Shown: in pieces, positions 8,831 through 17,337 of the stretch
Layout: every line of letters begins with the position of its first letter
Position numbering within the stretch: position 1 is the first letter of the stretch
Source: Candidatus Marsarchaeota archaeon
Lineage (GTDB): Archaea > Micrarchaeota > Micrarchaeia > Micrarchaeales > CABMGC01
Assembly: GCA_023485825.1 (NCBI GenBank)
Contig: JAMCZF010000051.1
Span: 1-33,841, forward strand
Direction: 5' to 3'
DNA: 33,841 nucleotides
Translations under genes and position numbers: made by a program
Notes under the pieces: generated by a model
What the model was told of the DNA's origin: nothing
Databases searched by the model: none
Seen by the model: only the letters and a program-made list of their open reading frames with translations

Positions 8831-9838
8831 TCACTTGACTATCACTGCGCTGAACAGGTTTCCTATCACGAACGAGACGACGTAGAATATCGCAAGCGCA
8901 AGGATTATGTATATCGGCACATTCCTAAGGCCCCTTACCGCACCGTTGAACGTTATTGCAGACACTATAATTGCGCTCATGCCGCTTATGACTATTATGG
9001 CTATTATGGAGAAGATGTAATACTGGCCTGGCAATATGGTGGGCGGATGTGGCTTTAGGAACGAGATGGTGCTAGATTGCGAAAATGTGTTGAGCGCCCC
9101 CGGGCTGGTGGCAAGTATGCTGCCCCATATGCCATCAGTTATTGATATCATCTTATTCGTGAGGCCGTAGAGCACAGGAGCCCCCACAACAGACGCGAAT
9201 ACTATGAATATTGTATACATGAAGAGCTGGCCTGCAACCTCCTTGTGCATTGTGTTCTGCGACCTGAGGTCCTTTGCCAGCTGCGCAAGGATGTCTGACA
9301 TCCCTCCCCCGTAGCGCAGTGCCTCGACCATCATCCTTGTGGTTCTCTTAAGCTGAACGGACTTGTACCTGCCGGCCAGGGCGCTGAGTGCATTCTGCAT
9401 GGTCTCCCCTGCGTAGAGCTGCTTGCCCATGAGAAGCACATCGTCCCTGAAGTACTTGAACTCCGGCCTTGCGGCGCCTATCAGCGCCTTGTCGAGCGCG
9501 ATCCCGCTGCGTATGTTGGCGGAGGTAAGCTGCAGGTAATCCGGCAGTATGTCGTCTACGAATACCTTCCTCTTGTCTATCATGTATTCCAGTACGGCAT
9601 AAAGCACAACGCCGTACATCGCTGCAGCAGACAATCCGGCCACAGACGCGAGCGCGGTGACGCCGGTACCAAAGTACAATACCAACCCGAAGGACACAAG
9701 TACAAGTACGGCGAAGCTGCCTACTATCGCTATCCTTATGAATGCGTCGACGCTCATCTTGATTCCGGCAAGGTCGAGCTCGCTGGAGATGAAGCGCACC
9801 AGGTTCCTGGAGACAAGCCTTTCAAATACGACTGCCAT
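8831..9838 (-). CDS. Type II secretion system F family (TadC/ArlJ-like) platform protein
   Basis: LPDYLQLTSANIRSGIALDKAL...ARPEF...EALRYGGGMSDIL with multiple TMs. Confidence 0.92.
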   Translation of the reverse strand: MAVVFERLVSRNLVRFISSELDLAGIKMSVDAFIRIAIVGSFAVLVLVSFGLVLYFGTGVTALASVAGLSAAAMYGVVLYAVLEYMIDKRKVFVDDILPDYLQLTSANIRSGIALDKALIGAARPEFKYFRDDVLLMGKQLYAGETMQNALSALAGRYKSVQLKRTTRMMVEALRYGGGMSDILAQLAKDLRSQNTMHKEVAGQLFMYTIFIVFASVVGAPVLYGLTNKMISITDGIWGSILATSPGALNTFSQSSTISFLKPHPPTILPGQYYIFSIIAIIVISGMSAIIVSAITFNGAVRGLRNVPIYIILALAIFYVVSFVIGNLFSAVIVK

Positions 9839-9844
9839 GTGCCA

Positions 9845-11110
9845 TCACTCCAAAGAGAACCCCGGCCTCACGAATAAGATGATATCAAGGAATATCAGCT
9901 GCAACCCGACAACGCCGACTATCACAAAGGCCAGGTCTGTAGGGCCTATGGTGAACAGGCTTATGAACGTGCTCATAATCGTGGCTATGGCAATGCCCAT
10001 GCTTGGGAATATGACCCCGAATATCATGTAGAACATTGCCAGGGCGTTGAGCCTCTGGCCGTACCTGCGGAGCTCGATTGTGCGCTCCTCCATTATCTCC
10101 TGCACCACATCCTGCAGAGAGCTTATTATGTCGGCGCCGACCTTTATGCTCACGCTTGCCTGGAGCATGAGCCTCTTGAAGGTACGGCTCTGGCTGCGCG
10201 CGCTTACATCTTCCATTGCCTGCTCTATCGGCATGCCGAGCTGTATCAGCGACACCACCTTGGCAAACTCCTTGCTGGCGGCCCCATAACCGGTGCTCAC
10301 GGCAGTCATCGCATTGAACAGCGGCATGCCTGACCTCATGCTTATCACAAGATCGCGTGTGGCGAACAGTATGTCGCGCTCTATCTCGCGGCCGAGCTTC
10401 CTTGCCCTCGCCATGGGGAAGGACAGGAACTGCGTGAAGGCCATGTTGTAGAAGGCGAACGCAAGCGCAGCCGCCAGCACCAGCACCGCAGCCATATTGA
10501 TGTGTACCTTGTAGAATAGGTAACCTGACACTGCTCCCAGCACAATGCCTATCATTATGGCATTGATCATCATCTTCTTTACGAAGACGTATGGCTCCTC
10601 CCTGACTCCGACGTCGCGCAGTGCCTCCTGAAGGCCCTTCTTGTTCACCACTATTCTGTTTATGTAATTGCTCCTCGCCCTCTTCCTCGAGGCGGCGACC
10701 GAACCCCCTGTGCCGGTGGTCTGCGGTATCCCCTGTGCGCCCTGCGCAGGATGCCTGACATTGGCCTGTGCAATGCCGGATCCCGGGGCGCCCGTTGCCG
10801 TAGGCGCATGCATTTTCACTGATGGAGGAGGAGGCGGCGTCGCCCTGCTGAAGAGTCCCTTCGCCTTCGTTGCCGGCGCGGCGCGTGCAGGTCCTGCAGC
10901 GGCGGGCCCGTGCGCCCGGTTCGGTGCACCTGCAATAGGCTGGGCTGCAGACTGCGCCGCAGGTTGCGCTGTGGTACCCCCTGCAACTCCGGCCTTGCCG
11001 TAGATAGGCCTCGACCTTATCTTGAAAAACAGGAATTTCTTTCTTTTTGTGAAACCTACAGGCGCCTTCGCGCTGTTTTTGTCGCTAGTGTCATTCTGCG
11101 GATCTGCCAA
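9845..11110 (-). CDS. Type II secretion system F family platform protein with a long Ala/Pro-rich N-terminal extension
   Basis: DILFATRDLVISMRSGMPLFNAM...EFAKVV...LGMPIEQAM. TTG 11110 preferred (GTGAT RBS-like motif, TTATTATA upstream); the extension to 11239 lies in an IS remnant. Confidence 0.88.
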   Translation of the reverse strand: MADPQNDTSDKNSAKAPVGFTKRKKFLFFKIRSRPIYGKAGVAGGTTAQPAAQSAAQPIAGAPNRAHGPAAAGPARAAPATKAKGLFSRATPPPPPSVKMHAPTATGAPGSGIAQANVRHPAQGAQGIPQTTGTGGSVAASRKRARSNYINRIVVNKKGLQEALRDVGVREEPYVFVKKMMINAIMIGIVLGAVSGYLFYKVHINMAAVLVLAAALAFAFYNMAFTQFLSFPMARARKLGREIERDILFATRDLVISMRSGMPLFNAMTAVSTGYGAASKEFAKVVSLIQLGMPIEQAMEDVSARSQSRTFKRLMLQASVSIKVGADIISSLQDVVQEIMEERTIELRRYGQRLNALAMFYMIFGVIFPSMGIAIATIMSTFISLFTIGPTDLAFVIVGVVGLQLIFLDIILFVRPGFSLE

Positions 11111-11257
11111 GCAAATCACAGTATTAAGGCAACATAATAGTATAATAAGCATTGCGTAACTACCCACGGCCAAGGCCCGTGAGGTTTGCATAAGTTGATG
11201 AAACATGTTGCACAGCGACAATCGGTTCAACAACCGCATCTGGACGAATGGGCCCGC

Positions 11258-11501
11258 CTACTGGGGCTCCCCTATTGGAAATCTGGAGAGTATTATGGTT
11301 AGTGGCACTTCTCCGCTAAGAGGAAGGGCTCTGCCTATGGAACGCAGGCGAGACGCCCGACGAGAACAATGCCTCTGCAAGTAACATGCTGTAGTACATA
11401 AATCGCATTCCGCACGTGAACGCAAGCATTGCCGGTAAGGCGAGAAGTCCCAAACAACCTGCCGCGGCGGAAGCCCCGTCCTCAAGGGCGGGGTAGTCCA
11501 C
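11258..11501 (+). ncRNA. Candidate orphan omega-RNA/reRNA-like RNA (5' boundary uncertain)
   Basis: Ends in GGAAGCCCCGTCCTCAAGGGCGGGGTAGTCCAC, the typical TnpB-element right-end hairpin; contains GCCTATGGA; no credible ORF. Confidence 0.4.
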
Positions 11502-11517
11502 TCAACATCTTGCATTT

Positions 11518-11548
11518 ATGACATAAGGGGTTTCACCCCTTATGTCAT
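11518..11548. repeat. Perfect 14-bp inverted repeat with a 3-nt loop
   Basis: ATGACATAAGGGGT-TTC-ACCCCTTATGTCAT. Confidence 0.9.
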
Positions 11549-11667
11549 GGAAATAGTCTATTTTTCTTCGCTTCCCTTCTGCTTCTCCTTTGTTGGCTTC
11601 CCGGGTTCTTTTATGCGGTTCCCTTTCATTCCCCAGGAGTGTGGTGCGGGGTTTCCCGCTCACATGG

Positions 11668-12261
11668 CTAATGTTTTTGGTGCGCAATGGCATGCTTTAG
11701 CTTGTCCTCCACCTCTGCGAGCCTTCGGGCCCTGATGTCTATGAGCTCACGGGGGCCGGACTGCTGCTTCCTTGACCTCACAACCCTTGCAAGGCTCCTT
11801 ACCTCGGTCTCCACTATCCTGAGCTTGTCCCTGTCGAATACGTTCTCGTCAAAGCCAAGGCTTATCTTCTCAAGCTCTGATATCTGGTCCTGCAGCGACA
11901 GGTTCACCAGCACTGGCCTGCCCGCGCGGCCCGCCGCCGCCTGCTCAATGCCCTCGATCATGTTTCCGACGGCATCCTCTGCGCCCTTGATTACGGAGTC
12001 GAGCTCGTGCTCCGCGCCGGCCAGGCCCTTTGAAAATCCTCCTGCGCCGTGCGTCTTCTTCAGGTCTGCATAGGCCTGCGGCTTCTGCACTACAGCCCAC
12101 CCTGAAAGGATCTTTATAGCGCGCTCATAGTCCATCTCGCCCCGAAGCATGGTCTCCGAGAACATCGAGTCGACATCAAGCTCCGCTCCCTGCACTCCGG
12201 GCCCCGAGGCCGATGCAAGGACCTTAACGGCCGTTTCATAATCAGCGTCAATCTCTGCCAT
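11668..12261 (-). CDS. Hypothetical helical protein of the pilus ATPase operon
   Basis: Starts 4 bp after the ATPase stop, with host-like codon usage. Internal repeat DYETAVKVL / DYERAIKIL. Confidence 0.8.
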   Translation of the reverse strand: MAEIDADYETAVKVLASASGPGVQGAELDVDSMFSETMLRGEMDYERAIKILSGWAVVQKPQAYADLKKTHGAGGFSKGLAGAEHELDSVIKGAEDAVGNMIEGIEQAAAGRAGRPVLVNLSLQDQISELEKISLGFDENVFDRDKLRIVETEVRSLARVVRSRKQQSGPRELIDIRARRLAEVEDKLKHAIAHQKH

Positions 12262-12265
12262 TGGA

Positions 12266-13780
12266 TCACGAGAACATGCTTTTTGAATAGGGCTTGTCGC
12301 CTTTGGCTATCTCAAACACCTCATCCTCGTCCTTGTAGTAATGCGCTACGATATTCCCGCACTCGTCGACGTCGAAGACCTTGTTCCTGACCATCCACTC
12401 GAGGATTACGCTCTTCTTCTCTATGTCCTCCTTTATCTCCGCCTGGGTAAACCCGCTGTACAGGGAGATGGTCTGCATGAGCCTGGACAGCTCCGCCCCG
12501 TCCGCAAACGTATCGCTCCTCATGTTCCAGCGCTTTACCACTGACACGTCGCCGTCGTTGGTGATCTCTCCGAACTCGAACAGGCGCCTTATCCCCAGCC
12601 GTCTGTGCCTGAAGAGCGAGGTTATGGCGCCTATGGCGCTCATAAGTATCTTCGGTATAGCTATCGGCGGGTTTGTCATCCTTATTATAGTATCGTGCGC
12701 GCTGTCTGCGTGCACCGTGCCGTATACGGCATGGCCCGTGTGTATGGCCTCGAACAGCGTCTCCGCGTCGCTCTTGACCCTTATCTCTCCGATGAGCATT
12801 ATGTCGGGCCTCTGCCTCAGCGCGTTTATCATGAGGTCATAGAGCGATATCGCCCCCTTTCCCTCGGGATTTGCCTGCCTCGTCTGCATCGGCAGCCACT
12901 GCAGGAAACCTGGAAGCGTAAGCTCCCGGGTCTCCTCCACTGATATTATGCGCCTGTTCGCTGGCATGAATATGCTCATGGCGTTGAGGAAGCTGGTCTT
13001 TCCGCTCGCCGTGCCGCCAGAGATGAGCATGCTTATCTCGTTCTGTATCGCAAGCCATATCATGCCAGCGATGTCGCCGGATATGGTCTTGTTGGCTATC
13101 ATGGCGGGCATGCTCCACGGGTTCTTCGCGAACTTTCTTATGGTGATTGTATTGCCATGCTGCGATATGGGGAACAGCGTTGCATTTACCCTGGAGCCGT
13201 CGGGCAGCTCCGCATCCATCATGGGCACCAGGTTGTTTATCTCGCGCCCGACGCGCCTGCCTATCTGCTCCGATATCTGGTATATGTTCTCCTCGCTGTT
13301 CAGCTTCACGTTGCTCTTGCACCAGCCATGGACCTTGTGGAATACCCAGACAGGCTCGGCTGCATTGTTCACCGCTATCTCCTCAAGGTTCTCGTCGTTG
13401 GATACCACCTCTATGTCGCCGAGGCCGAGAAGCATGTTGATAAGGTAGGCTATGAGCGTCTTCATCGACTCCTGGGACGTGCCCGGCAGATATCTCTCGA
13501 TTATCGGTATTGCCGCTGTCTCGTAGCTGGTCTCCAGCTCCGCTGCATACTTCTGGTCCGCAACGCGCGTCTGGTCTATCGGCACAAGTGAAAGGAGTTC
13601 GGGCCTTAGTGAAAGCAGAAGCACACGCGTGGCGTCCCCTATGCCGGGATATGTCACTTTGTACGCGGGCACATAGCCTCCCTCATTGGTTATCTCCACG
13701 CTGACCTTCAGGCCCTTCACGTCGAAGCTGTAGCTTTCCAGCGCGGTGCCGTGCCCCGTATCAGCCTTGTCGTCTTCCAT
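12266..13780 (-). CDS. Type II/IV secretion ATPase (ArlI/PilB-like), canonical copy
   Basis: GLGDIEVVSNDENLEEIAVN, DAELPDGSRVNAT, ITIRKF, GGTASGKTS, SVEETREL, ALRQRPDIMLIGEIR, TGHAVYGTVHA. Confidence 0.96.
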   Translation of the reverse strand: MEDDKADTGHGTALESYSFDVKGLKVSVEITNEGGYVPAYKVTYPGIGDATRVLLLSLRPELLSLVPIDQTRVADQKYAAELETSYETAAIPIIERYLPGTSQESMKTLIAYLINMLLGLGDIEVVSNDENLEEIAVNNAAEPVWVFHKVHGWCKSNVKLNSEENIYQISEQIGRRVGREINNLVPMMDAELPDGSRVNATLFPISQHGNTITIRKFAKNPWSMPAMIANKTISGDIAGMIWLAIQNEISMLISGGTASGKTSFLNAMSIFMPANRRIISVEETRELTLPGFLQWLPMQTRQANPEGKGAISLYDLMINALRQRPDIMLIGEIRVKSDAETLFEAIHTGHAVYGTVHADSAHDTIIRMTNPPIAIPKILMSAIGAITSLFRHRRLGIRRLFEFGEITNDGDVSVVKRWNMRSDTFADGAELSRLMQTISLYSGFTQAEIKEDIEKKSVILEWMVRNKVFDVDECGNIVAHYYKDEDEVFEIAKGDKPYSKSMFS

Positions 13781-13789
13781 AAATGCGCC

Positions 13790-15046
13790 CTAGTTCTTCT
13801 TCCCCGTGATGTCCTCTATTCTCTGGCCTGTCTCCTTGCCCGCGCCCTTCAGGCCCTTCACCCTCTTTGTTATGCTGCTTATCTTCTTCTCCGCGTCGCT
13901 TATGACCTTGCTGCTCTGCGTCATGTCTTTTATCTTGCCCTTTGGCATGCTGCCAATTGTCACGTTGAGCTCGGATATCTCCTTCTTGATGGCGTCCCTT
14001 TCTGCTGATATGGCGTCTATCGAGGATTTGAGGTTTTTCAGGTCCCTGTCCAGTTCCGCGAGCTTGCCGAGGCCGGCCTGCTCTTCGTTGACCCTTGCAA
14101 CCAATGCTGCCGATTTTTTCCCAGCAACTCCGTACAGACCGTCTATGGCCTTCTTCGCCTTCATTGCCTTGTCGAGGGCCGCGGCCCGCTCCTTTGCGGA
14201 TCTTGCGAGATTTGCTTCGAAATCGCGCCTGTATGCATTTGCCTGCTTCTTGTACTCCGCAAGGAAGTCCTGCGCGCTTTTTATAAAATCGTCGAGCTTC
14301 TTGCCGTCCTTCTTGATATTCTCGGAAAGCTGCAGCATGCCTTTTCTCTGTTCGCCGGCCTTTGACTCGAATTCCTGCAGAAGGCCGTTTGAGGAGTTTC
14401 GCAGCCCTTCCATCTGCCTGCGCATCTCGTTTATCATTAATTCCACGCTCTTTGCTGCGGCGTCCACGTCATCCGTCTTTAGGCTCTTGATATCTGCAGC
14501 CCCATAGCCCCGGTTCAGGTCCTCTATCAACTTGTCGACCTGCTGCCTGTAGCTGCTGACATTGTCGAAGTCCTTTGATGCCTGATCCTTGATGGTGCTG
14601 AGTTCGCCAAGGTACTTGTTCAGTTCCGCGGACTTGTCCCTGAAGCCTTTTTGCACATCCTGTATGTATTCCTTCAGCTTCTGTATCGTTGGCGTTAAAC
14701 TGTCCACCTCCCTTTCCTGGATGCTGAGCTGGTCCTTCATTATGGCGCTTTTCACGCTGACGAGGTTCCCCATCTCTGAAGCAGTCATCTTCTCGTAATG
14801 CACATCGGTTTCCTTCCCCTCCCCGCCCGGTTCGCCCAGCTCCACAGCAACGGTGGTGGGACTCACATACATCTTGCCCATCTTGTACACTATGCGCAGA
14901 AGCTTCGCGCGCTCCAGAACGAGCGACCACTCCTGCACTGTATTCTCGCTGACCTTTAGCGCAGACGCGAGCGCGGCGATGTCGGTTTCTCCCTTCTCCC
15001 CGATGTATTTTATCAAACCGTCTATGCCGGTTACAACGTCTTCCAT
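13790..15046 (-). CDS. N-terminal wHTH-like domain plus long coiled-coil protein
   Basis: VTGIDGLIKYIGEKGETDIAALASALKVSENTVQEWSLVLE (HTH-like), then about 300 aa of K/E-rich heptads. First gene of the - pilus operon. Confidence 0.85.
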   Translation of the reverse strand: MEDVVTGIDGLIKYIGEKGETDIAALASALKVSENTVQEWSLVLERAKLLRIVYKMGKMYVSPTTVAVELGEPGGEGKETDVHYEKMTASEMGNLVSVKSAIMKDQLSIQEREVDSLTPTIQKLKEYIQDVQKGFRDKSAELNKYLGELSTIKDQASKDFDNVSSYRQQVDKLIEDLNRGYGAADIKSLKTDDVDAAAKSVELMINEMRRQMEGLRNSSNGLLQEFESKAGEQRKGMLQLSENIKKDGKKLDDFIKSAQDFLAEYKKQANAYRRDFEANLARSAKERAAALDKAMKAKKAIDGLYGVAGKKSAALVARVNEEQAGLGKLAELDRDLKNLKSSIDAISAERDAIKKEISELNVTIGSMPKGKIKDMTQSSKVISDAEKKISSITKRVKGLKGAGKETGQRIEDITGKKN

Positions 15047-15396
15047 CGCATCCCGTAGCACTTCTAATTATCCATATGCATTATAAATAGGTTTGCGTGC
15101 GATTTTCGGGCATGTTGCTGCTCCCCGGTGTTTCTGCATGAAACCTGCGGTTCTCGCCCACGTGAGTCTTGCCGGATGTGCATCATGCGACCGCGCTTCT
15201 CGAGCCCAGGCACAAGGAGCAGCAACTGCGCTGTACTCTCGCTGACCTTTGGCGCAGGCGCGAGCGCGGCGATGTCGGTTTCTCCCTTCTCCCCGCATAC
15301 CTCACCAGTCAGATCCGTTCCGGCTGCAACGTCTTCCATCGCATTCCGTAGCACTTCTAATTATTCATATTCATTATAAATAGATTTGCGTGGGAT
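14933..15396. repeat. 171-bp imperfect direct repeat (14933-15103 and 15226-15396; period 293 bp)
   Basis: Shared blocks such as GCGAGCGCGGCGATGTCGGTTTCTCCCTTCTCCCCG and CAACGTCTTCCATCGCAT...GTAGCACTTCTAATTA...ATTATAAATAG. Confidence 0.95.
15064..15339 (-). pseudogene. Truncated duplicate of the 5' end of the wHTH/coiled-coil gene
   Basis: MEDVAAGTD...GEKGETDIAALAPAPKVSEST versus MEDVVTGID...GEKGETDIAALASALKVSENT, with prolines in a predicted helix; similarity fades after about 38 codons. Confidence 0.7.
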
Positions 15397-15411
15397 GTAG
15401 TATGTGCGTGC

Positions 15412-17187
15412 ATGCTGTTCCGCGACGTTTCAGGATACTACGATCGCTTAGAGTCAGTGTCCTCGCGGCTGACGATGATAGATCTGCTTTCGGAGATGCT
15501 GTCAAAGGCCTCTAAGGACGAGATACGCGCGCTCGTGTACTTCACGCAGGGCATACTTGCGCCGTCGTTCGAGGGGGTTGAGACCGGGATGGCAGAGAAG
15601 ATGGCCATCACGTCGATAGCGATGGCGACGGGCTTCGAGCAGAAGGAGGTGGAATCGTCATTCAGGAAGACGGGGGACATGGGCAAGGCGGCAGAAGAGC
15701 TCGCCGCCAAGACAAGGCTCAGGAGAATTGGCACCACGAAGCCCAGCGTGGAGCGCGTGTTCCAGACAATGCACAAGATAGCGAAGACCTCTGGCCAGGG
15801 CAGCAAGGAGGTCAAGCTGAAGCTGCTTGCCGGCCTCCTTGCCGAAGCAACGCCAGTCGAGGCAAGATATGTCGTGAGGTTTGCGCTGGGCAAACTGCGC
15901 CTGGGCATTGGAGACGCAACCATACTTGAAGCGCTTGCCAAGTCCGGCACGGGCAGCAGGGAGGCGAAGACGCAGCTCGAGCATGCGTACAACCTTTGCA
16001 GCGACCTTGGGAAAGTCGCAGAGACCCTGTACTCGGAGGGCATGCGGGGTATCGAGTCATTTGAGGCAGAGCCGTTCAGCCCCATACGTCCTGCGCTCGC
16101 AGAGCGCGCGAACACATTCGAGGAGATAATGAAGCGCATGAACGGGAGATGCTATGCAGAGAGCAAGTACGACGGCCTGCGCATGCAGATACATCTCGAC
16201 AGGAAGGCCGGGCGTGTCGAGATATTCTCAAGGAACCTAGAGCGCCTCACAGAAATGTTCCCGGACGTTGCCAGGGCGGCGCTTGATGAGACGACAGCGC
16301 ACAGCGCCGTATTCGAGGGCGAAGCGATATCCTACGACGACTCCTCCGGCGAGTTCCATTCGTTCCAGGAAACAATACAGAGGAAAAGGAAACATGGGAT
16401 TGAGGAGGCGGCGGAGCAGTTCCCCATGCATGTCTTCACATTCGATCTGATGTACTTGAACGGGAAGAGCTACATAGGCATGGAGTACACCGGGCGCAGG
16501 GCCGCGCTCGAGTCGATGCTCAAGGAGGGCAACATTATACGCTTGACTGACAGGATAGAGGCAAGATCCTCCCCTGAGCTGGAGAGGTACTTCAACACTG
16601 CAGTAGGCAGCGGACTTGAGGGCATAATAGCCAAGGAACCGGGCTCGAAGTACGTCGCAGGCGCAAGGAAATTCTCGTGGATAAAGATGAAGCGCAGCTA
16701 TAAGGCCGAGCTCTCCGACACCGTTGACTTGGTCATAATAGGGTACTATCTCGGCAGGGGCCAGCGCGCAGAATTCGGCTTCGGGGGGCTGCTCACTGCG
16801 GTTTACAACAAGGAGCGCGATGCATTCGAGTCCATAACGCGCATCGGCACCGGATTCACGGAGGAGCAGATGGTGTTCTTCCGGAAAGATCTCGGCAGGT
16901 CAAGGAGCAGGAATAAGCCACCGCGCGTCGAGTCAGTGCTAGTGCCTGACTTCTGGGTCGAGCCATTGCATGTGATAGAGGTTCGCGCTGACGAGATAAC
17001 GAGGTCGCCAATGCATACATGCGGAAAGTCCGATTACAAGGACCAGGAGGAGCAGGGCTACGCCCTGAGGTTCCCAAGGATAGTCGGCAAGGGCTATCGC
17101 GACAAGGGCCCTGAAGACGCGACAACCACGCATGAGATAGTGGAGATGTTCAAGCTGCAGAGGAAGAAAAAGATAGATGACGGATGA
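15412..17187 (+). CDS. lig: ATP-dependent DNA ligase
   Basis: Motif I ESKYDGLR, plus FDLMYLNG, GLEGIIAK, WIKMK, GTGFTEE and LRFPR. TTATAAATA at 15374-15382 upstream. Confidence 0.98.
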   Translation: MLFRDVSGYYDRLESVSSRLTMIDLLSEMLSKASKDEIRALVYFTQGILAPSFEGVETGMAEKMAITSIAMATGFEQKEVESSFRKTGDMGKAAEELAAKTRLRRIGTTKPSVERVFQTMHKIAKTSGQGSKEVKLKLLAGLLAEATPVEARYVVRFALGKLRLGIGDATILEALAKSGTGSREAKTQLEHAYNLCSDLGKVAETLYSEGMRGIESFEAEPFSPIRPALAERANTFEEIMKRMNGRCYAESKYDGLRMQIHLDRKAGRVEIFSRNLERLTEMFPDVARAALDETTAHSAVFEGEAISYDDSSGEFHSFQETIQRKRKHGIEEAAEQFPMHVFTFDLMYLNGKSYIGMEYTGRRAALESMLKEGNIIRLTDRIEARSSPELERYFNTAVGSGLEGIIAKEPGSKYVAGARKFSWIKMKRSYKAELSDTVDLVIIGYYLGRGQRAEFGFGGLLTAVYNKERDAFESITRIGTGFTEEQMVFFRKDLGRSRSRNKPPRVESVLVPDFWVEPLHVIEVRADEITRSPMHTCGKSDYKDQEEQGYALRFPRIVGKGYRDKGPEDATTTHEIVEMFKLQRKKKIDDG

Positions 17188-17337
17188 GCGCCTTCCTGGA
17201 CGGCATGGGGGTCTGCCGATTACAAGCCGTGCGGCGGTCCGGCAGGCTTTGCCCGGGGAACGCTGTCGGCATTATGCGCTTCCGCGTGCGCGATGCCGCG
17301 CTCGCTGTTCTGCGGGAATGTCTGCGCGGTTTTGATG

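Larger units (their letters stand above)
11156..11663 (-). mobile_element. ORF-less composite IS200/IS605-derived element
   Basis: Left-end motif at 11663-11609 (48/55 match to 25148-25201). Right-end-like AAACCTCACGGGCCTTGGCCGTGGGTAGTTAC ends at 11156 on -. A second right end lies on + at 11469-11501. Confidence 0.7.

Noticed and set aside
11111..11239. Apparent signal-peptide-like N-terminus of ORF 9845..11239
   Set aside because: It runs through the AT-rich promoter and the IS right-end remnant; TTG 11110 has an RBS-like motif.
11502..11693. 63-aa ORF sharing VSGKPRTT with ORF 25067..25651
   Set aside because: The similarity is a translation of the non-coding IS left-end motif, not a protein family.
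1629..13780. Archaellum (arl) operon
   Set aside because: No archaellin, ArlH (RecA-like), ArlF/G or chemotaxis genes were recognised; the pilins are of the Q(+1) type.
14933..15396. Repeat pair as a diversity-generating retroelement TR/VR
   Set aside because: Mismatches are not adenine-specific, the repeat covers a promoter and gene start, and there is no reverse transcriptase in the window.
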